Of a DNA stretch of 64,000 nucleotides, positions 50,122-58,704 are shown piece by piece. Numbering within the stretch: position 1 is the first letter of the stretch; every line of letters begins with the position of its first letter. A model generated the notes under the pieces. That model ran no database searches. It saw only the letters and a program-made list of their open reading frames with translations, and was not told where the DNA came from. The position numbers and the translations under genes are program-made. The stretch is from a bacterium (GTDB lineage Bacteria > Zhuqueibacterota > Zhuqueibacteria > Residuimicrobiales > Krinioviventaceae): NCBI GenBank assembly GCA_963674595.2, contig CAXXFV010000016.1, positions 768,001-832,000 of the forward strand, read 5' to 3'.

Positions 50122-50142
50122 CAAGATATATCATTTATCGGG

Positions 50143-50985
50143 TTATTTTACAGTTGGTTCCGGTGCTTTTGGAATTTTTTCGTTTGCTTTAAATTCCGTA
50201 GATTTTGGTAAAATATGAGCTGCTTTTTTATCCTTTTTAAGTCTGAATGTTTTTTTAATCATATCATTTTTTAATAATTGTATTGCAAAACCCGGATCAA
50301 CACCTTTGGGGCATACTTCAGAACAGGCTCCTGCAAAATGGCAGCGCCAAACACCATGTTTTGCATAGACTTGTTTTTCTCTCTCTTTACCTCCCTCATC
50401 ACGTGAATCAGCGATATATCGCCAGGCCTGGGCCAAAGCCTGTGGACCTGTATAGTTTTCGTCGGTTGCTACTGTGGGGCAGGCGGACAGACAAAGCCCG
50501 CATTTTATGCAATAAGCAAATTGAATATAATTTATCAGTTCATCTTGAGATTGAAAATATTCGCCGGTAGGATTTTCAAGCTCTTTCACGTGTTGTCTGA
50601 TAAGGTAGGGTTTTACGGATTTATGCTTTTCAAAAAAGCCTTCCAGGTCCGGTACGAGGTCTTTAATTATATTATAATTTGGTAACGGTTTGATCTGGAT
50701 TTTATCGGCCTTGAGGTGTGCAATCTGATTATTACAGGCCAATCGAGGGTAACCGTTTATAAACATACCACAGGAACCGCAAACTCCCATTCGGCAGGAT
50801 GAACGCCAGGCCAGAGTACTGTCTTTGTTTTCTTTGATCCAATGCAGACCGTCCAGAACCGTCATTCCTTTTGTTACCGGGACCTCAAAAGTTTCCATTC
50901 GTGGTGTGTCATCAATTTCCGGATTATATCTTAAAATTTCAAATGTTACTGTTTTAAGAATTTTTTCAGTATTTTTCTCAACCAT
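50143..50985 (-). CDS. sdhB: Succinate dehydrogenase/fumarate reductase iron-sulfur subunit
   Basis: SCRMGVCGSC, CIKCGLCLSACP, CHFAGACSEVCP. Confidence 0.95.
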   Translation of the reverse strand: MVEKNTEKILKTVTFEILRYNPEIDDTPRMETFEVPVTKGMTVLDGLHWIKENKDSTLAWRSSCRMGVCGSCGMFINGYPRLACNNQIAHLKADKIQIKPLPNYNIIKDLVPDLEGFFEKHKSVKPYLIRQHVKELENPTGEYFQSQDELINYIQFAYCIKCGLCLSACPTVATDENYTGPQALAQAWRYIADSRDEGGKEREKQVYAKHGVWRCHFAGACSEVCPKGVDPGFAIQLLKNDMIKKTFRLKKDKKAAHILPKSTEFKANEKIPKAPEPTVK

Positions 50986-51017
50986 GATTGTCTCCTTTTT
51001 ACAGAAATACAGGCGGT

Positions 51018-51389
51018 CTATTGAACAGGCTGAAGAAATACAAAAATTGCAGCATAGGCGCCATAAATAAATAATAATAATCCAAATAAAACCAAAAGCC
51101 AGCTTGTCACTTTTTCCAATGTTGCTGATATTTTTAACTCGAATATAATATTTTTCAAACCATACAAGCCGTGATAAAGGGCTGTACCCAGTAAAAGTAT
51201 ATACGTTATCATAAAGAAAAATTGTTTACTTCTTAAAAACACGGATTCAGCCTGAACCGGATTTTGATAACCGATCCCCAAAAAGACTAAAATTGCATCA
51301 TAATGCATAATAAACATGTGCAGACCAAGCAGAAAGAATATTAAAATCCCTGCAAAGATGTGCAGTACCCAAAGTGTTGATTCACGCAT
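51018..51389 (-). CDS. sdhD: Succinate dehydrogenase small membrane anchor
   Basis: Three TM helices, LYHGLYG, operon position. Confidence 0.85.
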   Translation of the reverse strand: MRESTLWVLHIFAGILIFFLLGLHMFIMHYDAILVFLGIGYQNPVQAESVFLRSKQFFFMITYILLLGTALYHGLYGLKNIIFELKISATLEKVTSWLLVLFGLLLFIYGAYAAIFVFLQPVQ

Positions 51390-51399
51390 GTTAATTCTC

Positions 51400-51843
51400 C
51401 TAATTTCCTAGTAAATAAAAATCAATTCCGCCAAAAAGCATAATAATAGCTGCAATGATCATTATTACAACAAAAAACGGGCGCTGTCTTTGAACAGCGT
51501 TTTTATAAGGGAAAACAGGGCGCTGCGGTTTACCCAGCATGTATCCGGATTCTGTTATCACGAGCCGCAAACCGTTTAGTGCATGGAAAGCAAAAGCCAG
51601 AAAGACCAAAAATTCACCAAATTTTGAAAGTTGTGTTTCAAAAGTATGCATGATGTGTGTCCATGACTCAGGCCCACCGATTCGTGAACCTGTAACAAAA
51701 ATATGCAAGATAAAGTAGAGCAATAAACCGAGTCCGGTAATTCTGTGTAATGTAAAGGCATATCGCTCAAGGCCGTATCTTCCTCCGGAGATCCAACCCC
51801 AGAGACCCAGCTTGTTTTTATAGTGTTTAATCTCGTTATTCAT
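51400..51843 (-). CDS. sdhC: Succinate dehydrogenase cytochrome b subunit
   Basis: LHRITG and FHALNGLR. Confidence 0.9.
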   Translation of the reverse strand: MNNEIKHYKNKLGLWGWISGGRYGLERYAFTLHRITGLGLLLYFILHIFVTGSRIGGPESWTHIMHTFETQLSKFGEFLVFLAFAFHALNGLRLVITESGYMLGKPQRPVFPYKNAVQRQRPFFVVIMIIAAIIMLFGGIDFYLLGN

Positions 51844-51856
51844 TTTTCACTCCTGC

Positions 51857-53575
51857 TTAATATTTTCTTTCCACTGGTTTCCAGGTTGTAATATTTACAG
51901 GTTTATAATCAAACACAGGTTCGCCTTCCTTAAAGAAAGCGAGTGTATGTTTGAGCCATTTATTATCGTCACGCACTGTAAAATCACGACGGGCGTGTGC
52001 CCCGCGGGATTCTTCTCTCTTTAAACCACCTGTAACCATAACCTGGGCAAGCTCAAGCAAATTGGACACTTCCAGTGCATGAATGAGGTTGGTGTTATAG
52101 GTTCGGCTTTTGTCATCGATATGGATGTTTTCAAATCGTTTTTTAAGGGATTTTATAATGTCCAGTGCTTTTCCCATATCTTCACCTGTACGGTAAACGC
52201 CAACATAGGTATCCATGCAGGATCGCAGGTCACGACGAATATCATAAATACTTTCCGTACCTTTTTTATCCAGCAGATCAGAAAAGATACGTTTGTTTTC
52301 CATATCAATGGTTTCTTGAGGAACATCCGGATAGTTTGTAATTTCTTTGCAATATTTTCCTGCTTCTACGCCTGTTATTTTACCCCATACCAGGCATTCT
52401 GCGGTAGAGTTGGAACCCAGACGGTTGGCGCCATGCAGGCTGACACAGGCCGCCTCACCGGCTGCCCAAATACCTTTTGCGCGTGTTGCACCATTAATAT
52501 CAGTCTCAATTCCGCCCATAGAATAATGGGCAACAGGGCGGCAGGGGATGGGCTCTTCTATCGGATCAAGATCATTAAATTCCATACATACTTCACGGAT
52601 AAGCGGCAGCCGGTCATTAATGCGGTCCGCACCAAGATGTCTCAGATCAAGATGGATATAATTCAGGCCATTCGGACCGTCAAAACCTCTCCCAGCTTCA
52701 ATTTCCGTAATTTCAGAACGGGATATCAGGTCTCGCGGCGCCAGTTCCAATTTTTCCGGCGCGTATTTTTCCATAAATCGTTCACCTTTATTATTTAAAA
52801 GGTAACCTCCTTCACCACGGCAGGCTTCGGTTATAAGAATGCCTGATGGAACCAGACCGGTTGGGTGAAACTGAACAAATTCCATGTCCTCCAACGGTAA
52901 CCCGGCCCGATAGGCCATTGCCAGACCATCACCGGTAACGGTTTGGGAATAGGTGGTAAATCCATACAATGTACCGCTGCCGCCGGTGGCTATAATAAGC
53001 GCTTTTCCTCGAATGAATTTAAATTTGCCTGTTGTCATACTCATTGCTGTAAGGCCTTTAAATTCATTGTTTTTGATAACAATAGAGGTTATGTACCATT
53101 CGTTATAGTGTACGGCATTGTTGTATTTTAAGAGTGTGTCATACAGGGTTTGCAGTTCGAAAAAACCGGTTTTGTCTGCCGCCAGTACGGCACGCGGATA
53201 ACTGTGTCCGCCAAATGGTCTTTGGGCGATTCGTCCGTCTTCTCGGCGGGTCCAGGGTATTCCCCAATGGTCTAACTGCAGAATTTCATCGGGCATAGCC
53301 TTTACAAATCGGTCAATAACATCCTGGTCTGCCAAAAAGTCACTTCCTTTTACAGTGTCCCAGGCATGGAGTTCAAAACTATCTCCATCATCCGGCCGAA
53401 GCATGGCCGCCGTTCCGCCTTCTGCGGCGACTGAATGAGCGCGCATCATTTGATTTTTGGTGAAAATTCCGATATCAATATCACCATTGGTCTGACGAGA
53501 CGCTTCTACAGCCGCTCGAATTCCTGCCAGTCCTGCACCTAAAATAATGAGTTCATGCGTTATGACATCAGACAT
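51857..53575 (-). CDS. sdhA: Succinate dehydrogenase/fumarate reductase flavoprotein subunit
   Basis: GAGLAG, RAHSVAAEGG (covalent FAD His), QFHPTG, HYSMGG, HGANRLGSNS, ESRGAH. Confidence 0.97.
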   Translation of the reverse strand: MSDVITHELIILGAGLAGIRAAVEASRQTNGDIDIGIFTKNQMMRAHSVAAEGGTAAMLRPDDGDSFELHAWDTVKGSDFLADQDVIDRFVKAMPDEILQLDHWGIPWTRREDGRIAQRPFGGHSYPRAVLAADKTGFFELQTLYDTLLKYNNAVHYNEWYITSIVIKNNEFKGLTAMSMTTGKFKFIRGKALIIATGGSGTLYGFTTYSQTVTGDGLAMAYRAGLPLEDMEFVQFHPTGLVPSGILITEACRGEGGYLLNNKGERFMEKYAPEKLELAPRDLISRSEITEIEAGRGFDGPNGLNYIHLDLRHLGADRINDRLPLIREVCMEFNDLDPIEEPIPCRPVAHYSMGGIETDINGATRAKGIWAAGEAACVSLHGANRLGSNSTAECLVWGKITGVEAGKYCKEITNYPDVPQETIDMENKRIFSDLLDKKGTESIYDIRRDLRSCMDTYVGVYRTGEDMGKALDIIKSLKKRFENIHIDDKSRTYNTNLIHALEVSNLLELAQVMVTGGLKREESRGAHARRDFTVRDDNKWLKHTLAFFKEGEPVFDYKPVNITTWKPVERKY

Positions 53576-53588
53576 AAAGGGCCTCCAC

Positions 53589-53741
53589 TTAGAGCAGATA
53601 AAATGTTGATGGGTGTTTTAATTGTATTGATTTAGTGAATGTATGCTGAGTGTAGTTATATTTGCGGATAGGATGTTTTTGCAGCATATTATTTTTCTGC
53701 AATATTTGTTTTGAAGAGATTGATGACTTTATAATTATCAT
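53589..53741 (-). CDS. Putative 50-aa leader ORF upstream of sdhA
   Basis: MIIIKSSISSKQILQKNNMLQKHPIRKYNYTQHTFTKSIQLKHPSTFYLL*; GAGGGG RBS upstream; below the ORF-track cutoff. Confidence 0.35.
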   Translation of the reverse strand: MIIIKSSISSKQILQKNNMLQKHPIRKYNYTQHTFTKSIQLKHPSTFYLL

Positions 53742-53767
53742 TGTTATCCCCTCATGGTTTTTATTTT

Positions 53768-53796
53768 AAGATATAACACAATTAATAGGATGTCAA
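53768..53796 (-). promoter_or_regulatory. Sigma70 promoter of the sdh operon
   Basis: Minus strand TTGACA-N17-TATCTT. Confidence 0.6.
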
Positions 53797-53859
53797 GGGA
53801 AAAAACAATTTTATTGTTAGCGTTATTGTAGTATGTTGGCATTTTGCATTTGTTTTTTC

Positions 53860-53888
53860 TTGATTATTGATCAAGCGTTTGGTATACT
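53860..53888 (+). promoter_or_regulatory. Sigma70 promoter of the tandem nucleotidyltransferase gene
   Basis: TTGATT-N17-TATACT with TG extension. Confidence 0.6.
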
Positions 53889-53917
53889 TGTTTTAGGTTG
53901 ATATTATTGAGGTCAAT

Positions 53918-56902
53918 ATGGATGTTTATTTAGACAGGTTAAAATCACGTTCTGAGGTACTTGGGAACCATTACTATAAATATATTAATTTTATTGATAC
54001 CAATCTTGATAAATTTATGGGGCGCCTTGAAAAAGAGGGTGTGATTGAGCGCGTTCATTTATGGGTTACGGCTCACGATTACAAGCAGGAAATGAGTACA
54101 ATTTTCCAGGTCGGCACCACATTGAATGAAAAGTTGACGGATTTGGGATGTTATTTTGCTTTTCAATTTTTGCAGATGAACCTGTCTGCTCTTGATGCTT
54201 TAATGCTGGAAGTGACAACAAATCCTGACAAACATTCGGTCTATAAAAGGTTCATGCTTAGGGTTGGTCACGATTTTCGCAGGTTAACCGCAGCATATAT
54301 GAAACATTTAATGGCTCTGTTTTTACCGGAAGATTATAAACATCAATTTGTGTTTATGGGTGTCGGCACAAGGTCTGATCAGGATGATATTGATATTGGT
54401 GTTATTGACCAGGACCCGAACGATCGTGATATATTAAACAAGGCCATTGGTAAAATGAGCGGGGAAATGTTAAAGCGCGCTATTTGTTTACATTTTCATC
54501 TATCAGAACATGTCGGCAGTGTAACGTCTTATTCCGCCTCTATTGATGAATACCTTGAATTGTTAAACAAGGAAATACATGATTTTGTTATTATAACAGA
54601 GATGCTGGGTGGTGCGAGAATATTAGGAAGTAGAAGTCTGTTTTTTGAGTTTCGTCGTAAAGTCGGGTTGAGATATTATAACACATCCAGTATTTACAGG
54701 GATGCACGATTTCATGAAGGTTATTTGCGGGGTATTTTGGGAGAAACACGTTCGTTCATTTTGCGCGAATTGTCACGTGATCGTATCAGTCCCAAAGGTG
54801 ACGGCCTGCGTATGATAAAGGCTGGTTTGTTTGCCGCTAAAACAATTTTTAACCTTCGTCAGGTCAATGCATGGGCCATTTTGGGTGAGCTTAAAATTCA
54901 TGACAAATCCAGAATACATTTTTATGAGCAGCTCGAAAGTTCACTAACATTTTTGGAAATTTTTCGCTATTTATATCAGTTGCTTGTAGCCCAGGAGGAA
55001 GAAATATTTATTAATGATAAAACAAGTATAAATCATTTATCAATTGTTGCCGAATCAATGGGCTTTAAATCCGTTGGTGTTGCAAATGCCACCGAATTTT
55101 TAATAACTGAGTATTATAAAAATATTCAAATTGCTAAAGAAACAATGAGCCAGCTTTTACCAGGCTCTGAGAGTCATTTACAATCCATATCTGTTCTGGG
55201 CAAAATATTACGCCATAAAAAAGCAACAACCGGAAAAGAAAAGAGAATTGGTAATTTAGCCATACGGTTTTTGGGTGAAACCCGGTTTTTTCGCGGGACC
55301 CGTTTTTGGGATGACATTATAAATGTTTTTGAATATAAAGATGCACAAATTTTAAAACGTTTGATAAATGATCTGTGTTCACTATCCGAAGAAAAAAGAA
55401 TGGAGGTTTTGCAGGGGTATATTGACTGGGGGTGGAATACATTTATTGCAACATTTTCATTTATTATTTTATTGTATAAACATCGTAAAAGTCTTCGAGA
55501 TTGTGATATTTATAAAAAATTTAACGAATTATTTTTCGAGCGTGTACGGGGAACAGAAGAGGAAGCCCAGCGGTTAAGTATTGTTTTTACTCATTATCCC
55601 CGATTGGTTTATGAATATACGAGTTTGCTGACCGAATCACAGCAGCGAAAGTTTTTTTCATGGCTGGATAGTAATGTCTGGGACCCTGAGGTTTTGCCGG
55701 CACGTGACAGGCTGCGTTTTTTACTAAAGCTGCAATATGCAACCAGTAAATACTTTAAAAGAGTTATGAATAATGTCATTAATGAAAATCCGGAATATCT
55801 GCATTTTATAAATAATGTAGATCGCTTGAGTTTGATCGGTAAAGGTATGCTGGCGGAAGTTGAACGGACTAAAGTAACCAAATTAAAGTTCAACAGCTTG
55901 AAAACTTTTTATAATTTTCAGTTTTTTAAAGTTGGAATTGAAACCCTGTTGGGTACACCCTCTCAAACAGTAGCTTTACATTTTTCAGAGTTTGCCGATA
56001 CTTATTTACGTCTGTTATTCGATACATCAAAACAAGAAATAGATGAACTTTACAGCCATACATTACAAACCAAGGACCTTTTGGGTGTTTTTGTCACCGG
56101 GGGCCGGGGACAAATGCTGGCCTTTGATGATGATTTTGATTTGATTATTCTTATAAACTCGGACGATCCTATTGTGCACAGGTATTGCTGTACCATAATA
56201 AGCCGAATGCATAAAGAACTGGTAAAAAGCGGTGTGTTGCCCCATTATCGTCTGGCTGAATATACGGGTTCTTATCTTTGTACTTTTAACGAACTCGCGC
56301 AATTGTTGGGTGATAATGATCCGGAAAGATTTATTGACAGAGCACAGATTTTGGGCGCCAGGATGGTCATCGGCAGCAGCATTTTGCAACATGATTTTGA
56401 GAAGCAAATTGTAAAGCCTTATATTTTAGCCAGGAAAAAGGATTTTGTTTTAGATATTTTAAAGGATATGGATGCAAGACATCTGTCTTTAACGAATTGT
56501 TTTGACGGCTGTATTAATCTAAAAGAGGATCCCGGTGGAATAAGAGATATTGACATGATTTTGCTTATTTGCAGGGCACTTTTTGAAATATTTGAACCGT
56601 CATCTTTTAAAATATTACTACGCCTTCAGATTATGATCCATTCTCATTCAAAAGAGTTTCAAAAATTATTTAAATCTTACCAAAAGTTAAGGTATATACG
56701 TGATTTAAACCGGCTCTCTTTGGCCGCAACGGATTGCCTTGGCAAGGATAACACCCATTATTTATCGGATAATATGAGTTTTCGGATTGCAGAACGGGAT
56801 GAAGATGTGTATGAAGAGGTTTCCAGGACATTTAAATCTGTCCTGAAAACCAATATAAAAATTATTAAAGAAGTAATTATGCCAAATATTGAGCTCTTTT
56901 AA
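53918..56902 (+). CDS. Divergent GlnE/GlnD-superfamily protein with two nucleotidyltransferase modules
   Basis: GVGTRSDQDDIDIG (~aa148), TGGRGQMLAFDDDFDLII (~aa728), NLKEDPGGIRDID. Confidence 0.65.
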   Translation: MDVYLDRLKSRSEVLGNHYYKYINFIDTNLDKFMGRLEKEGVIERVHLWVTAHDYKQEMSTIFQVGTTLNEKLTDLGCYFAFQFLQMNLSALDALMLEVTTNPDKHSVYKRFMLRVGHDFRRLTAAYMKHLMALFLPEDYKHQFVFMGVGTRSDQDDIDIGVIDQDPNDRDILNKAIGKMSGEMLKRAICLHFHLSEHVGSVTSYSASIDEYLELLNKEIHDFVIITEMLGGARILGSRSLFFEFRRKVGLRYYNTSSIYRDARFHEGYLRGILGETRSFILRELSRDRISPKGDGLRMIKAGLFAAKTIFNLRQVNAWAILGELKIHDKSRIHFYEQLESSLTFLEIFRYLYQLLVAQEEEIFINDKTSINHLSIVAESMGFKSVGVANATEFLITEYYKNIQIAKETMSQLLPGSESHLQSISVLGKILRHKKATTGKEKRIGNLAIRFLGETRFFRGTRFWDDIINVFEYKDAQILKRLINDLCSLSEEKRMEVLQGYIDWGWNTFIATFSFIILLYKHRKSLRDCDIYKKFNELFFERVRGTEEEAQRLSIVFTHYPRLVYEYTSLLTESQQRKFFSWLDSNVWDPEVLPARDRLRFLLKLQYATSKYFKRVMNNVINENPEYLHFINNVDRLSLIGKGMLAEVERTKVTKLKFNSLKTFYNFQFFKVGIETLLGTPSQTVALHFSEFADTYLRLLFDTSKQEIDELYSHTLQTKDLLGVFVTGGRGQMLAFDDDFDLIILINSDDPIVHRYCCTIISRMHKELVKSGVLPHYRLAEYTGSYLCTFNELAQLLGDNDPERFIDRAQILGARMVIGSSILQHDFEKQIVKPYILARKKDFVLDILKDMDARHLSLTNCFDGCINLKEDPGGIRDIDMILLICRALFEIFEPSSFKILLRLQIMIHSHSKEFQKLFKSYQKLRYIRDLNRLSLAATDCLGKDNTHYLSDNMSFRIAERDEDVYEEVSRTFKSVLKTNIKIIKEVIMPNIELF

Positions 56903-57720
56903 AAAGAGTATGATATGGTTGCCATAAAACCAGCAACTTTGATGCGGGGTTCAACTTCTTTTTCGTCTATGATTACCGGCTCATCATATTGTTCTGAAAA
57001 TAAATCTGCCCTGTAACCGGCATTAATGCCTAATCCGGATGGGAAACGATAACCCAAACCTACATTTAAAGCTACAAGCACGGCTGAAATATCATTTTCA
57101 GAATCATCTTCAGAGGATGTTTTACTTAATGATGAGTCATCTTCTTTTTCTTCATAAGTTAACGTACCGCCCATTCCGGCCAGGGAACCAAAAGCATAAA
57201 GACCGGAATTTCCAAGCGGTAGGACGAGAGATAATCCAAGACCGTACATTGGTCCGCTTTCGCTTATTTCATACTTGTAGGAGTAATCATAATATTCATT
57301 CTTGTACTCCATGTCCATGGACCATTTAAGATATTTGACGCCGGCAAATATGTTTACGTTTCTATGAATACGATATCCGAGGGTAAAATTGACATCCGTG
57401 CGACCCATATCGGCTTCGACACCGGTGCCTTCAAGACTATATCCACCGTATTCATTAATAGGAAATTTACCTACAAGAACTGAGAGACCAAAATTAACCT
57501 TGCCGTGGTTAACACTCATGTAAGGACCAAAATTGTTTCCTGAACCAATGTCCCCTAATTTCTCTCCGTCCTGATCTTCCATGGTATAGGCGGCATTCCA
57601 CCAGCTACCGCCCAGAGTGACAATTGTCCTTGTCTGGGCAAAAAGTGAAGAACTAACGAAAATAACCAGGATCAGTAAAACAAAACAAATTTTTTCGACT
57701 TTCTGCATTGTTACCTCCAA
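56899..57720 (-). CDS. Outer-membrane beta-barrel protein
   Basis: Signal peptide; Gly/aromatic amphipathic strands (LGYR, NAGYR); terminal ISYSF. Confidence 0.7.
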   Translation of the reverse strand: MEVTMQKVEKICFVLLILVIFVSSSLFAQTRTIVTLGGSWWNAAYTMEDQDGEKLGDIGSGNNFGPYMSVNHGKVNFGLSVLVGKFPINEYGGYSLEGTGVEADMGRTDVNFTLGYRIHRNVNIFAGVKYLKWSMDMEYKNEYYDYSYKYEISESGPMYGLGLSLVLPLGNSGLYAFGSLAGMGGTLTYEEKEDDSSLSKTSSEDDSENDISAVLVALNVGLGYRFPSGLGINAGYRADLFSEQYDEPVIIDEKEVEPRIKVAGFMATISYSF

Positions 57721-57747
57721 AGAGTTATTTATTTGCTGTTTATTTGT

Positions 57748-58596
57748 TTAAAAAACAGGCGGTGGTTCTACTTGTTTTTTTTCTTTTTTTTCAGTTCTAA
57801 CCTTGTATTGTCTTTTAGGTGGATCTTTTTTTATTGGCGGGGGAGTAGATGTAATTGGAGTAGATGTAAAACGCACAACATCTCCTAACCTCAAGTTGGT
57901 TTTAGTGCCAAGAATGCGTGCTTCAGAATATTCTGCATTAACTTTGGTGATTTTAATCGTACCAATAAAGTCTTCAGTTTTTCCTATAACGGCGCCGCTA
58001 AGGTTTGTAACAACATCTCCAATTCGGATAATTTCCAGTTCCTGACCTCTTCTGACACCGTGGCTTTCGCCAATGTCTACTAGAACATTTTTACCCGTTA
58101 TTTTTATGATAGAGCCTTCAATTTTTATCTTTTGAGATATTTCTCTAACAAGGTCGGCTATGGCGGACGGCAGTTGACCTTCACCTCCGGTACATTGCAT
58201 ATTTTCCGCTAATTCCAGCGCACCGGTTTCAACATCCACGAGGCGTGTATTGATGATATAGGTTTGTCCTAATTTGCTGACACTACCAATCATTATTTTT
58301 TCAACATTTAAAATTTTACCAATCTGAACAGCCTGGTCCATATCTGTAACCCCGGCCATTTGAAGCTTTTGTTCTTCAAGCATTTGCAGGATTGCCTGAC
58401 GTTCAACAACCTGGAAACGGTTTGTATTAAAAAGTTCGGTGCTGAGAATGTCCGAAACAGCATCGGCCGATTCCTGGTTTATGTTTTTAGCCTCAAAGTT
58501 TAAAACAGCAATTTTGGTTTTTGCCTGAGAATAGGTTACACCTGTTAACACAAAAACCATTATTATTGCATAAACAACAGATTGAATTATTTTCAT
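57748..58596 (-). CDS. CsgG/HfaB-family protein with FlgT-C-like domain and Pro/Lys-rich tail
   Basis: IAVLNFE, RFQVVER, IGKILNV, RLVDVETG; VDIGESHGVRRG. Confidence 0.75.
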   Translation of the reverse strand: MKIIQSVVYAIIMVFVLTGVTYSQAKTKIAVLNFEAKNINQESADAVSDILSTELFNTNRFQVVERQAILQMLEEQKLQMAGVTDMDQAVQIGKILNVEKIMIGSVSKLGQTYIINTRLVDVETGALELAENMQCTGGEGQLPSAIADLVREISQKIKIEGSIIKITGKNVLVDIGESHGVRRGQELEIIRIGDVVTNLSGAVIGKTEDFIGTIKITKVNAEYSEARILGTKTNLRLGDVVRFTSTPITSTPPPIKKDPPKRQYKVRTEKKEKKQVEPPPVF

Positions 58597-58642
58597 TTTT
58601 CATTCCATATCATCTTTTTAATAATCTATTAGAGATAAAATC

Positions 58643-58671
58643 AATTTAATCAGCAACAGGCTTTTTGTCAA
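58643..58671 (-). promoter_or_regulatory. Putative sigma70 promoter for the CsgG-like/barrel pair
   Basis: Minus strand TTGACA-N17-TAAATT. Confidence 0.5.
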
Positions 58672-58704
58672 GGTGTTTTTCTATTATTTGTTAATTATGT
58701 CACT

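Noticed and set aside
52079-52798. 239-aa ORF antisense to sdhA, and the many other short antisense or nested ORFs in the track
   Set aside because: They lie within conserved genes, have no recognisable motifs, and are best explained as shadow frames.
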